From the NCBI GenBank assembly GCA_965112155.1, contig OZ218099.1: a DNA stretch of 64,000 nucleotides, one strand, 5' to 3'. The translations under genes were made by a program, and so were the position numbers. Below the pieces are notes generated by a model. It did no database searches. It was given only the letters and a program-made list of their open reading frames with translations, and had not been told where the DNA came from. This DNA is from Podarcis liolepis (taxonomy: Eukaryota). Below, piece after piece: positions 1 through 13,807 of the stretch; within the stretch, counting starts at the first letter, position 1; every line of letters begins with the position of its first letter.

Positions 1-331
1 TGTGTTTTTTAAGCACGGTTTTCAAACCACAGCCTTCTGCCCATGGTGGCAGGTGCCCATTGGGACTGGACTGGTGGGGTCAACAGCAGGGAGCCCTAGC
101 AGTAGGTGGAGTCAGGGCCAATGACAGGCCGAGCTACCCTCCTTCCTGGTCTGGTCATAAGTAAGATGGCAGGCAGGCAGGGGCTGAATGAGGGTAGGCA
201 GAGTTTGGCAGGTGCTTCCCCATTGCCTTAATAGAGCAGTTCCAACACCTTATACCATGGCTGATGTGCAGAGCTGAATCTCCCAAATTTGGAATGTGAT
301 GTACTTTGTTGAGGCAAGGCTAAAACTACTA

Positions 332-573
332 CAGTGGTACCTCAGGTTACATACGCTTCAGGTTACATATGCTTCAGGTTACAGACTCCGCTAACCCAGA
401 AATATTACCTCAGGTTAAGAATTTTGCTTCAGCATAAGAACAGAAATCATGCTCTGGCGGCGCGGCAGCAGCAGGAGGTCCCATTAGCTAAAATAGTTCT
501 TCAGGTTAAGAACAGTTTCAGGTTAAGAACGGACCTTCAGAAGGAATTAAGTTCTTAACCCGAGGTATCACAG
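332..573. mobile_element. Tc1/mariner-superfamily (Tigger-like) MITE
   Basis: TA|CAGTGGTACCTCAGGTTA...TAACCCGAGGTATCACAG|TA; internal TCAGGTTA repeats. Confidence 0.85.
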
Positions 574-2626
574 TAATAGGATTTCAACACTATTCACCCT
601 TTTTTTTCTTTTTAGTGGGGTAAGGGCTTTGCTTGCTTTCTATATGACTGGGTTTCCATGTGATATTGATGAATGCCATGACTTATACATTGCTTTCACA
701 ACTGTGAAAAAGTCACGTTAAGAAGCTGGATTTTCAGGTAGCTTGCATTTCTAATGGCTGGACCTGCTCCTACGAGATTCAACCATTGGTTAGAATAAAA
801 CTCAGTGAATACAGGATTGGGTGGCTTGCACCATATGTTGTTGCTGAAGCTGCTGGCTTGCTTACTTGCCTTCTCCCTCCATAGAGTTGTCTCCCCTATC
901 TTATGACTTTCACAGGGAGCATTGAAGTCACGGTGGTTAGATTAGAATCGGATTGGAATAATTTGCTTCTGGCAATGATAATTGGGGCCTTTGATCTTTG
1001 TTTCAATTTTTGAAACATGCATATGATTGCTGGGGAACAGGTTTTGGCCTCCAGAAGGCAACCTACAAGGCCAAATTCTTTCTTTTCTTTTTGCAGATTT
1101 AGCTGCAGCAAAAATTCCACAAATGCTTATTGTGCTAATTATAATTTTTCCCAGTCCAATCTGGCGAGTACTGGAAAATACTTTTAAATACATTGTTCTA
1201 TGTGCTCATGGTTTCTGCTTAGCAGAATAGCTCAGGAGAGAATTTAATATACTCCAGGTCTCTGCTAAGAGCTATAGGTGTGTACAAAAACTTCTGTGTG
1301 ATTTTGTCGCACTCATTGGTATGTTTCCCCTTCCCCTTTATTTTTCACATCACATCTTTCTAATCAGCTAAGTTATTTAACCAGGGAAGCATCATTTATT
1401 TTCTGTACTAGAACAAATGGGGAGCAAATGATCATAATTGTGGTGGGACTTAAAGAAACAGAGCGATGGAATTGGGATATTTTTATCCTTATTATTGGAA
1501 TAACCTGTAGTTTTAAAGGTTGTTCAGACCTCCAAGGCCTGCTTTTCTGAGCCTGTAGCTGGATGGTATTTGAATATGTGCTTTCAGAAATGAAGAGTTT
1601 GACCTTGATTTTAAGGAAACCCCCAATAATGCTGAATTCCTTTCTCTGTTCTCCATTCACCTCAGATTAATGTAGCAAAATAAAGATGATCGACATTGAT
1701 TCTGACAGGAAGACTAAGCATATACTGTAGTTGCGTAGGCAGCAGTATGGGCAAGCAGGAAGGATTAAGGTTAAAGGCCATAAATCAAAAGAAATATATA
1801 AAGACCCTTTCTGTGGCTTGGAATGTCTTGATAGAATCTCAGTTACTAATGGGACTGGGCCAGCCTCGAAAGCTTTCTGTTAACTCATGTTTCAAAATAT
1901 ACCCACACTTCATTGCCTCTCTGACAAAACAGCTCCACTATTTCACAAGCTTGGGTAGCCGCCAGCCATAGCCAGGAGCAAGTATTCCCTGATTCACTTC
2001 CCATTTGCTCTGCCAGCTCTCCTTGCAACATGTCCTTGCATCATACTCCAGCCCAGGGGTTTCTGGTGCTCTGCCATCTGTCAAATATCCAGACTAGATT
2101 GAAATTATTACACTATTCCACACTGATTCATGATCTCTCAAGGGGAGTTTGCCCATAATTAGAACATTGGAAGTTTCCTATAGGGTTGCGGAGAGATCGT
2201 GTTGACATTCTGTAAACCTTTCCCTTATTAGTCTTCACATCTTGCTGCTCTTTTCAGTTTTATGTCTGGAAAAGCAATGCTAGCCCGTGGCTGCTTAGCA
2301 GCACAGAAGATCGAACTTAAAAGAAAGTGGCATGTTTATAGAAAGGGTATTGCCTCATGCTAGTAATACTGCCTTTTGCTCCTAAAACAAAGGAAGTGGG
2401 TGGGAAGTGGGAGGTGGGAGACACCATCTGTGTTTTAACAGAGATTGAGGAGTTGCACATACCGGAGGTTTGTTTTGTTTGTTAGAAGCCTTTGAGGAGA
2501 AAGCTGTAGACAAATCAAAGGGTCTTTATTGCGAACTCCCTGAAATCCGTTTGTTCTGAAATCATGAGAAATATTTAGCGGGGGGAAAAGACCATGATGC
2601 ATCTCCTTATTTCTGGAATTTCTCAG

Positions 2627-2822
2627 GTGAAACTGGCATTGGGAAGTCAACGTTGATGAACACTCTCTTCAATACAACATTTGAGACTGAAGAAGCCAGT
2701 CACTATGAGCATGCTGTTCGCTTGCGGCCACGGACTTACGACCTGCAGGAAAGCAACGTCCACCTGAAATTAACCATTGTAGATGCTGTGGGGTTTGGGG
2801 ATCAGATCAATAAAGATGAAAG
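2627..2822 (+). CDS. SEPTIN8: Septin-8 exon (P-loop: [20 protein letters not shown]...[15 protein letters not shown])
   Basis: Acceptor tttctcag at 2626. 196 nt. Ends AG|GCAAGT (GC donor), in phase with the next exon. Confidence 0.95.
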
Positions 2823-4573
2823 GCAAGTCACTTTCCGATTTGGTGCAGAAAAGCCTGCAGTGCTTCGACGTGTAGAGGAATGTAATGTCTTGGGAATACG
2901 CTGGGCCTCACATGAGAGTGGCCATGCATAATGTGATCAGCTGCTTTGGGCGGCCTTTGCCAACCTGGTTCCCTCAAGATGTTTTGGACTACAACTCCCA
3001 TCAACCTCAGCCAGCACAGTCATTTTGGACTGCAACTCCTATCACTGGCTGGGGCCAATGGGAGTTGCGGCCCACAACATCTGGAGGGCACCAGGTTAAC
3101 AATGGGCAGCTTAGGACACAATGATTTACTCAGCTTATCCCGTTCACAGTTGGGCTTGGTGGGACATTATGTACTGAATGTTGACCCTGAACCACTGGCC
3201 TTTGGACATACCGGCTGTATTGATTATTGATTACTCAACTCGGTGGGTTACACCTAGGTTGACGCTTGAGGTGCTATTCCTCCCTTCCATTAACTGCTTC
3301 TGCCTGTCCTCCCATTGCTCTAAACAGTAAGCTAATTGGTTCTTAAGTTTTGCCCTGACTCATTTGCAAAATGGCGGCTGCTGTGCCTCCTCCAGAGTGA
3401 GGGAAATAACCATTTGGAGGAAGGAATCCTAGGTCCATAATTGTACTGAGCATCAACAGGAGAGGGCCTTTCAGTCATGCTTGTGGGCTTCCCAGAAGCA
3501 TCTGGTTGTTCACTGTGGGAAACAGGATGCTGAACTAGACGGACCTTTTAACCTGCTCTAACAGGGCTGCTCTTCTCTTCTTGGGCAGATGATAAACAAT
3601 CAGTGCTTTCTCTGTTCCTTTGTGACCCTATCACTTTGCATGTAGCCCCCACCCTTCTCTGGCTTCCATTCTTAGAAACAAGTAGCTGAGGACAGTTGAT
3701 GTCTGATTAAAATATGCATAATGTAATGCAGACTTGGACCCCCCTCCCATGCTCTTTTTCTTCTCCCACACTTTTTTTTAAAACCCCGATAATCTTTTTT
3801 AGGCTGTGTAACTGAAAACACTTGTTTAAAACTTCAACGTTTTAGTTTGTAAGGATCAAATCTCTTACCAATTTTTTACTTTTCAGGGCAGCTCGTGGTT
3901 TTCCTCAGCCATGAGGAAAACTAGCTGCAAAAAATAAATAAATACCCACCAGTTGGGACCTTATGGTGAAGAGTGGGTAATGAATTGAGTAAATGCCTAT
4001 CAAATATTTATTGTATTATACATTAATTATGTATTTCTCAGTTATATTTGTATCCTGACCTTCATCCGGGGAGTGTGGAACAGTATTTTAGCCTTGCAAC
4101 CACTCTGTACGGTTGGTTCAGCTGACAGATGGTGACTAACCCAACTAACTCTGTGAACTCCGTAAATGAGCTGCCATTGGATGCTCACTTGACATATGAA
4201 CAGTGTGAACATCCTTGGTTGTAACTCAAGTGTGTAGTGAGTAACTGTGGTTTCATGTTATCACTTCTGCTTTATAACAAAGTTATCAAGTTCAGCTCAT
4301 CAGCATAACACCCCTCCCCCCAGAAGTGCTTTTGGCCTTATTTCCAGTTTCACTTCTTGTGTGTGCACCACCTTCTGCCTAATTTTAGCTTTACCTCATG
4401 AAGTAACCTGTCATCAGTTAGCACTAAAGGTTTTTAACATCTCTTGCACTGAATTCTTATCAAAACTTGGCAGATGGGGGAGACTGGGCCATTCCTTTCA
4501 CAGCATCCTTGAAAGTGCCCAGTCATTCTTTGTTAACGTTAGCATTCAGGTTGCTAATGGAATTCGTTTTTAG

Positions 4574-4760
4574 TTACAGGCCGATAGTAGATTACATTGA
4601 CACGCAGTTTGAAAACTACTTACAAGAAGAGCTCAAAATCCGGCGTTCCCTCTTTAATTATCATGATACAAGAATCCATGTCTGCCTTTATTTCATCACT
4701 CCAACTGGTCACTCGCTGAAGTCCTTGGATCTGGTAACCATGAAAAAGCTGGATAGTAAG
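4574..4760 (+). CDS. SEPTIN8: Septin-8 exon ([22 protein letters not shown]...TMKKLDSK)
   Basis: Acceptor tttttag, donor AAG|GTATGT, 187 nt, septin sequence. Confidence 0.97.
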
Positions 4761-7700
4761 GTATGTGCTTTACCTCACACGTCCTACGAGCATTGACTTT
4801 CAATTAAGTACAAGCTTTGGTTGGCACCTTCAACCACCAATCACTGTGTAATTTAATTTATTTGCTTTAGTTTTCTGTACGCCACTTAGAGATTGTTTTA
4901 AAATATTAAGTGGCATTGAAATGGTCTAAATCAATAAATATAAATGTTTACTCACTTCTTCTGCCAAGGAGGTAAAAGACTCCCTGTTCTCAGCAGTTGC
5001 CTTAGACACTATCCTTCCCACTTCATTACATTCATTCTAGGCCACTTCAGAGTTATAAAATTTGTTGTTGTGAATGTCTCTCTTTGAGCAATCCAGAGTG
5101 CATCAACAGTGCTGAGATATGCATGGGTTGGGGAAATAGGTTAGGGGAAGGAAATCCTGTAGGCTCATGGCGTTTACGTATCACTGTTCTGATTAAAGTA
5201 AGACAGCCCTGACTATTGCGTGTGGGAAACAACTTAACAGAAGTTATAAGAAGATGGTCAACGCAGTAAATCAGTTTGTGTTAACGGCAGTCGTTCTGAT
5301 GCAGTAGTCATTGGGGTGCATTGTTCTGGTGAGTTCAGTAAGGCAGCAACCATTTGTGGCTGTAGCCAGATGTAGACCATCTTAGCAGTGCTGATAATTG
5401 CTTCCATGCAGCATGTGCTCAGCCAGCCAACTCTCCTCCTAGCTGATGACTAGGTGTGTGATGTTCAAAGTGAAAAAGCAAGTCTTCTGAAGTCCATGCT
5501 GTGAGGAGAGCTTGAGGCAGAGGGCAAAGATCATTCACGTGAAAGGATTCATGTTCAAAACAAAAAAGTTCACATTTTTATTGGGTGACCTTTTTAACTT
5601 TAAGAACGTAAAACATTTTAAATGACCAAATGATATACTTTGCTAAGGATTAATTGGAACACCGCATCTGCTGAGGAATAGAGATGAGTCACTTATATAT
5701 TTCGGCTCCATCAGCTTGAATCCTGAGCTGCATATGCTGAGCTTTGCCCACTACTTTTGTGTGTTGCTGTTTGAAGGCTATACTATATCCCCACCCCACC
5801 CCCCAGCAACCACTTCTGACACTGGCAGAATCCTTAATCCTGCATGCATAGATATTTAATCAGATTCATATGTGTATAATGCTCAAGTATGCATATGTAA
5901 TAGAAAAAGAGAGAGAGAGAGAATCAATCCCAAGTAAACATTAAGGTCTGGTTGATAGCTCCAGTTTAGTCTTTGTTGGCATATGAAGTGAGTATTTAAG
6001 ATATCGAGATCTCAAAGCATGGGGCTGACAATAAAATAGTAGAAATAACAAGTAGAAAGACAAGTGGCTAACTAGGATTGTGTGCTTCCATTGCAGAACT
6101 TTGTCATGTTTTGCTCTCTTTCATTACAGCTCACAGGAAGTTCTTTACAGGGGGCATAAATATTAATATAATAATAAACAGTACGTTTCTGGTGGCCAGA
6201 GAGGTATCTTAATTTTTCAGAATGGAGTGCCTTGGTAAAGAAAATGTTATGATTAAGTGTAGTCTGAACCTCAAAACCCAGGTCTATGGGATACGTGGGA
6301 AATAATGCTCTCAATTTCCAACTTGCTCTTTGTTCCTTTCTGAGAGCTGCTCCTGATTCAGATGTGGCTTGGATACTACATTGGCTTGACATCAAACATC
6401 TGCTTAGCAAAGATGTAGGCATTTGAACTGGCTATGCTTTGATGGGGAGGGGGGCAGCTGTTCAACAACTCTGCAATGTCAGCATGGTGATGTCAGACAC
6501 TGGGTAGACTGTCTGGGTTTCCTGTGATATTAATGTATCTGGTTCATCCAAATGACTTCACCAGGCTTTTCCAGGGTGGAGGATCATTCTCCGCAGTTCT
6601 CTCTCCCATCATGCACTGGGGTGCTGCTGAAGTCATAACCAAAGGATCTGTTGCCTACTTTATCTGATTACTTCCAGACAGCCAAAAATGGTCTTCAAAG
6701 CTGAATTACTACATTAAATAATAGATGGCTGAGATTGCACCATGTCTAGCCATTCATATCTCGACACTCACAAGTTAAAAGTATCCAACCCCGTCTCATT
6801 TACCACTTTATCTTAACTCAGCATACATTTTGGCACAGGAAAGTACAGCTCTGTTTTGGAAAACCACCTGTTTCTAAAAGGGCTTTTATGATACATGTAT
6901 GTTTCATTATGTTGGCTTCAATATTTAGCATGCTGATGTTGCATATCTTTAATTTTGTTCCATGCTTGTTCTTTCCTTGTGGTGGCTTCACCTGATAATT
7001 CAGAAGAGAGATAATGGCTTTGTTTCTAGCTCTGGAAATGGAATTGGGAGTGAAGGTCAAGAAGATGCAATTTTGGATGCAGTTTTGGGAGGACAGATTG
7101 ATTACCTGTGGGAATATTTTAAGAGAAATCCCAAGATAATGAAAAGTTGTCCAGCTTGCTCTATAATTCACAATATAGTGATGGAAGATGGTGGCTGGGC
7201 TCCAAAGAATTGAGTGGGCTTGTACAATTGGCTTGGATCAGCCAAGTGGCACATTTTACTCTTTTCAGCAGCTGACTCTCAAGCTAGATCACAAACTGCT
7301 TTTACAACTCTTTCTTTTCCAAAGCAGTTTGCACTGAAGGTGTGAGGGAAGCTGCTGTTTAAGGAAAAACAAGCCTAAAGCCTCCTTTGGGTGAACAGAC
7401 TAGTTTTGCAGTTATTTTAATCCAGGCCAGTACTGACAACTGTGTCTTCTTGATGACCCTGACAGTGCTTTGTTGCAGCAAAAGAGCAGTAAGCCATGCA
7501 CCTGCCAATTCAATGCAAATAGAATTTGTGGGAATTTTGTTCTGTAGGCAGACATGGAAAAGCCATTGTCACTCAAGTACCTGTGTGTTGGTGGGCCACC
7601 AGGTATCCAGCTTTAAGCTCCATTTCCCTGAAGTTGCCTGGCTTGCTTTTTCATGCTGCTTTTTTAGAGCGTGCTTCTCTGTACTTTTTGGAACACATCC

Positions 7701-8380
7701 ATGCTCCCCCCCCCAATAAATTCACCTTTTTAAAAAATCAGCACCTCTGCATTTCTTCAAGCTAATTGCTGGAATCAGTGAATGCATGGCTTAGCAATTA
7801 GGTTTAAGAAATAACAACATTTTAATTGGCTGCCAGCTGCTTATAAATTCCATTTGTTCACAAAGCCTGCCAGGAAATTAAAGCAAGGGGAGGCTTAGAT
7901 CTAAAGCACAACATGCTCTTTCCCAACAGTAGCATCCAATACCTACAACCTGTGTAAAGTCTTACCTGAGGCAGAGAGCTCCCAGAGTTGCACCCAAGAG
8001 GTTCAAGGGGCTGCCGTGGAATGGAAGTGGTGTTCACACACATCGTCTGTTTTCTGTTTGTATGGAGGGGGTTATGAATCCCGGCCAAAACCTCTTTTCA
8101 TTTGCCTCTTGAAAGCAAACTACTGTTATCAGACAGGATTAGAGCAGATCAAAGTAGATCTCTGCTTTACTTTATACCCATGGTACAGTCTTGCTCATCC
8201 AGATGTTTTGGACTACAACTCCAAGCTAGCTGACATACTGCAAGACCTCAGAAAAAAATAGATTTTTGTGATAGAAAGTCAATTTTTTGACACTGGTTAG
8301 ATTTAATTGTGTCACATTGACTTCACTCAGAATAGTTCTTTTTCCCCTCTTGCTTTACTTTAAAGGTCCTAATCATACTA

Positions 8381-8640
8381 CAGTGGACACTTGGGTTGCA
8401 AACATGATCCATGCAGGATGCATGTTTGCAACCCACAGCGTTCACAACCCGCAGCTGTGCATCTGCGCACGTGTGGGTTGCGATTCGGTGCTTCTGCGCA
8501 TGTGCAAAGCGTGATTTAGCACTTCTGCGCAGGCGCAACCACTGAAACCCGGAAGTAACCCATTCCGATACTTCCGGATTTCGGTGGTCCGAAACCCGAA
8601 AAAACGCAACTTGAAGCGTCTGTAACCCGAGGTATGGCTG
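8381..8640. mobile_element. Tc1/mariner-type MITE
   Basis: TA|CAGTGGACACTTGGGTTGCA...TGTAACCCGAGGTATGGCTG|TA; CpG-rich palindromic core. Confidence 0.75.
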
Positions 8641-9100
8641 TACGTACATTAATAATACTTGTAAGAATAATGTAAATTTCCTTGGCTATCTGAATGCAAG
8701 AGAATACACTGTGGCCAAGGGTGACTACTCCATGCTTGAGTGGTAACACTTGCTAGTTCAACTGTTTGATGTGACAGAACTGCATTCACAATGCTAAGCA
8801 ACATTCTGCTCTTAGCTGGTGCTCCAGACAGCTTGTATTCAGTTAGCTTTTACTCAAGAGTAGACCTATTGAAATTAATGAACAGGGCTAACTTAATTTC
8901 AACTATACACACTACTAGGAGGTTTTGAAATGGGTGGATTGGTGGCAACGGGATATTAAAGAAGAGCGGAGACCTAATTTAATGTGCTTATACAAATGAG
9001 GTTGGGGGACCCTGGTATCCTTAACACAGTGCAATTAATGACAGGCCTCCAAAACTCTTTCGGGGGGGAAATACTTCCATTGGTTTTATTTCTTTTGCAG

Positions 9101-9262
9101 GTGAACATTATCCCTATAATTGCCAAAGCTGACACCATTTCCAAGAGCGAGTTGCACAAGTTTAAGATAAAGATCATGAGCGAACTGGTTAGCAATGGAG
9201 TCCAGATCTATCAGTTCCCCACAGATGATGATGCTGTGGCTGAGATTAACTCTGTGATGAAT
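9101..9262 (+). CDS. SEPTIN8: Septin-8 exon ([13 protein letters not shown]4 motif ... EINSVMN)
   Basis: Acceptor ttttgcag, donor AAT|GTGAGT, 162 nt, AKAD motif. Confidence 0.97.
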
Positions 9263-9449
9263 GTGAGTAATGTGCTTACTGCAACAAGTTTTTATAGTTT
9301 TGTATTGATAGCAGTGACATATCAAAACTGAAGGTTGTGTGAACTGGTAGACTCTATTTGTAGTAGTGCTTTGGTGCTATTCCTCCCATTTCTCAGTGGA
9401 GCACTCCTTGTTGTATAAGGAAGCAGTGGGATCTTGTTGGGTTGGCTAT

Positions 9450-10303
9450 TGCGACGGCACGGTGGCCCTTTTTCCCCTGGCACCGTTGGGGCGCACTCAC
9501 TTAAAAATAGAATGTGCCCACCTCACAGAACGCCACTTCCACAAATTCCCTCAAACTGCTTCAGATTATCTTGTGGGGGACTTGCATGAGGTAAAACTTA
9601 ATAATTAGGAGTCTCAGGCAGGATTTGTTCAAATAAACAATAACGATTTTATTTAACAAGGAAGTTTATGAGACGAGTGGATAAAACTTAGGATACTTCA
9701 GTTTACAATGTTATTTCACTTCAAGGTTTTCTCAGTTGTTTCACACTTAATACTTTGGTTCTTAACAAGGTGGTACTTTCTGTCAGTTATACACCCCTTA
9801 GACAACCCTACTCCTGAGGTACTCCAAGTAATAGAGCCAAGGTTTCACTGGTTTGGGAGTCTTCTCATACTAGAAGAATATCTCCCCTCCTGACTGGAAT
9901 GAGACCTAAGTAAATTGTCTCTTTACAGCCTCTACTTTTCCTGTCTCAGTCTCAGCCTCCCAGTTAATTCCTGGCCTAATTACGCTTACAGGACACCACA
10001 ACACTGTCCTTCACACTAAGCTCAGAGACTTCTTTTTCTAGCTTGTGATATTTTCCTCAGAGTGGATGCTTCTACCCAGAAGCAACTCTCACTCCCTCTC
10101 TTCCTGCCTATCCTCCCACCCTCAATCCCAACCTACTCCAAAACCTCCTCCCTTTCTCCAAATCCTCTCCTTTTCAACTCCCCACCCTGAACCTCAGCCA
10201 ATCAGAGGCTGTCATACATTAATCCTTTTCTGGCATGGGGAAAAGAAAAAGAAAATACTTGGGGACCCAACCAGCCCTAGCAAAAACAAACTTTTCTGTC
10301 ACA
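9450..10303 (-). mobile_element. Solo LTR (854 bp) of an LTR retroelement
   Basis: TGCGAC...GTCACA termini, 5-bp TSD GCTAT (9445-9449, 10304-10308), minus-strand AATAAA at 9648-9653, CCAAT box near 10200. Orientation inferred. Confidence 0.75.
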
Positions 10304-10674
10304 GCTATCATCATATACAATAAATACTCATGGGTATTACCAAAATTACTTAGTACTTTCCCAAAAAATAGAATGCTGAAATGCGGTACACAAATAGTCT
10401 TACACAACCCAGTTACCTGAACTGGACACTCTTTTTAAAATGCCTCTTGCTTAAGCTTGCACTATGGTCAACTTCATAACAGCAGACAGTGCCAGACAGA
10501 GTAGAGATATGGAACATCCCTTTCACACTCAACTTTGGAATGGGGAGTGAAATTGCAATGCTATCTCTAAACATACTGTGTATGTGACAGGATCTACAAG
10601 TTGCCTCTTCCTATACCTGATTAAACTGTGGATTGTGGAAGCTGAGTGAGTAGGAATACCAGACATCCAGAGTA

Positions 10675-10718
10675 CCTTCCTTCCTTCCTTCCTTCCTTCC
10701 TTCCTTCCTTCCTTCCTT
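10675..10718. repeat. (CCTT)n microsatellite
   Basis: Direct reading. Confidence 0.95.
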
Positions 10719-11252
10719 TGACTTTGAGTTGTGTCCATATAAAGACCATGTTGGGTGGATCAATACGATTACTCTTATCTCAGATATAAGCGGTCATTGA
10801 AGCAAAACCTCTTGCTTGGGCCGTAGCTTGCCTACAGTTATTTAATGGTCAGGATTCACCCCATGAGTCCCATCTATGGAAGCCCTGAACAAGCAACGTG
10901 ATAGTATACGTCTGAGCAATGAAGAGTCAGGTGGGATATGGAATATATAATCTACCCAAAAGCATTCTTTTTGGCAAAGGTTGTTCGTGGAGAAAGTGAC
11001 TGTGTGAAATCTTCAGTTCTTGGTTTATAGTTGAAAATGCTAGGTCCCCTCCTTTGTCTTGTTTTAGTGTAACAGCAGAAGTTTTTTCTACTTATTCTAA
11101 GTTTCTTTCTTTGCAGTTCTGCTGTCAGCAAAAATGCCAATACCACAGATGTGGGAAATGTGATTCTGTGCTATGAGGAGTTGAAGTGAGGTTGAGGGCT
11201 CAAATGACATTTTATATTTTGCACTGAATTCCATGGTTATGTGTCATTTTAG

Positions 11253-11349
11253 GCTCATCTGCCGTTTGCTGTTGTAGGAAGCACAGAAGAGGTAAAGGTT
11301 GGAAATAAAATGGTGAGGGCTCGGCAATATCCTTGGGGTGTGGTACAAG
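11253..11349 (+). CDS. SEPTIN8: Septin-8 exon ([32 protein letters not shown])
   Basis: Acceptor ttttag, donor AAG|GTAAGT, 97 nt. Start of the septin unique element. Not in the ORF track. Confidence 0.97.
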
Positions 11350-12920
11350 GTAAGTCGGAAGCCAAGCCTCTTGACAGTGTTGTGTAAACTTTCCTTGATT
11401 GTTTCCTGCTCTTGTAGCTGTATGGGCTGTAGTCGTCATTATTCGTACTCGGAGTAAACCCATTGAAATGAATGGACATGACTAATGGACCATTAATTCC
11501 AGTAGACCTACCCAGAGTATGACTAGCCCAATGGGTTTACTAATGTTCAGTTTTATGCCAAAGTCAGCTTGCCCTCAGCTCCAGGGAATGTCACAGTCCT
11601 CTTTCCTATAAAAGTCTTTCCTAAAGAACATTTCTATCATGTCACCTTTAGATGGCAATTAGGTTCCCCCCCTAATTGTGCTTGGCACCATCTAATTTTT
11701 AGCACCTGGCAGTTTATTTTGATGGCTGTTCTCTGTTTTCATTGTTAGGCTGGTATTTTATTGTGTCATTATACATTTTTTTATTTTTACTGATTATTTG
11801 TCAGTTGCAGTATCTGTGGAAATGTTCCCAGGGGGGGGGGGGCTTTACAAGCACACACGAAAAATCTGCATGCTGATCTGGCAAGGCTCTGTGGTATTTT
11901 ATTTTACATTTGTTTTTGTAAGCTGATTTTCCAACAACAAAGTTGAGCTAAAAGTGGTTCCCAAGGATAGCAAAGTGTATTAAAAACAGATGCTGTTGCT
12001 ATTTTTTCATTTATTAATTGCTTCCTATGAAGAATCCCAAAGTGATTTTACAATATAATTAATACATTTATAAAACAATTGCATATATACATTACAAATA
12101 AATTATATATAAATACAAAAACAATTAAACAATACTTCAGGTGATCTATTAATATAAATCAAAAGCAGATGGTAATAATGCAATAAATACATCAATACAC
12201 AATTAAAATACAGTTGAATACAAGGATACAAAAACACCCTCATGGCCGCTACAAATTCATGCTACATACTCAACTAAGCTGCTCCTTAAACCAAGGCTTT
12301 CAAGCATAGCGGCACCAGTAGTTTTAGAAGACTGTTCCTGATTAAATTAGACAGGCACCTAAAATTCTGGTGTTTATCTGTTAAAAACATTTTTGTTTCA
12401 TCAGGTATTTTTAGAAAATTTATTCAGTTCATTGTTGGTTCTGTACTTTTTATTTTATGATGTTTTGATGATTATATATTACTTTTTTGGTGTGTACCAC
12501 CAACCACAATATTTTTGTTAGAAGCTAGTGATATATAAATACCATAATAAAGAAATGAAAAACATTTTTTAAAAAAACCAGTTTCACTCAAATAGGTACC
12601 AGACACAATCATTTCCTGCTTCCAAATAAACAAGCCTAAAACAATAAATCATCATAACAATAATATGGATGATATCCTGCATTCCATATTTATTTATACA
12701 GAGGCAGCAATCCGAAATGCAATTGCTAGAGAGTAAGCCCCTTTTGTACCCAAGGGTGACCTCTGAGTAAATTTGCATAGGATTGTGTTATAAGGTTTGC
12801 TAATCGGACGGCACGAAGCTGTCCTTCTCTTAACGGAGGAAACACTCCTTCAATTCTGCTTAGAACGTTACACCAACAAAGGAAACCCCAGGATTTTGAG
12901 TCAAGTTGGTGTGTATAAAC

Positions 12921-13173
12921 CATGGGTAGGCAAACTAAGGCCCAGGGGCCGGATCCAGCCCAATGGCCTTCTAAATCCGGCCTGCGGACACTCCAGGAAT
13001 CAGCGTGTTTTTACATGAGTAGAATGTGTGCTTTTATTTAAAATGCATCTCTGGGTAATTTGGGGGGGGGCCCTAGGAATTCGTTCATTTTGTGCCAAAA
13101 AATATAGTCCGTCCCCCACAAGGTCTAAGGAACAGTGGACCGGCCCCCTGCTGAAAAAGTTTGCTGACCCCTG
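12921..13173. mobile_element. hAT-superfamily MITE
   Basis: CATGGGTAGGCAAACT...AGTTTGCTGACCCCTG termini with exact 8-bp TSD GTATAAAC (12913-12920, 13174-13181). Confidence 0.9.
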
Positions 13174-13228
13174 GTATAAACCATCCATTTTTTCACAATG
13201 GCTACGCTCCTTCTCTTCATTTGCTCAG

Positions 13229-13397
13229 TTGAGAATGAAAGCCACTGTGACTTTGTAAAGCTGCGAGAGATGCTGATCCGTGTCAACATGGAAGATCTGC
13301 GGGAGCAAACTCACACTCGCCACTACGAGCTTTACAGGCGGTGTAAGCTAGAAGAAATGGGCTTCAAAGATACTGATCCTGACAGCCAGCCATTCAG
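13229..13397 (+). CDS. SEPTIN8: Septin-8 exon ([29 protein letters not shown]...DSQPFS)
   Basis: Acceptor tgctcag, donor AG|GTGAGA, 169 nt. Confidence 0.97.
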
Positions 13398-13674
13398 GTG
13401 AGAGAGCATCATCCTCTCCATTCTTGGTTTCCGCTGGAATACCTGTACAGGTGTGTGAAGGCTGCAAGTTCTTTCGGAATCTGGGGCACTCTTGTAAGCA
13501 GGATGACAGTAATGTGTCATGTCCTTAATGCCTCACCGCCTCCCTCTATGACACATGCATGCGCAGCACATGTACGCAGGTGTAGCTTTATAGCTGCTTA
13601 TTGTCTTCCGTTGTTTTTCAGCACCTTTTAACGTCTACATGATTTGAGGTTTGTGTCTTTTGTGTCTTAACCAG

Positions 13675-13807
13675 CCTTCAAGAAACCTATGAGACCAAGA
13701 GAAAAGAATTCCTCTGTGAGTTGCAGAAGAAAGAGGAAGAAATGAGGCAAATGTTTGTGAACAAGGTCAAGGAAACAGAGTTGGAACTGAAAGAAAAGGA
13801 GAGAGAA
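13675..13807 (+). CDS. SEPTIN8: Septin-8 exon ([44 protein letters not shown])
   Basis: Acceptor taaccag, donor GAA|GTGAGT, 133 nt, coiled coil. Confidence 0.96.
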
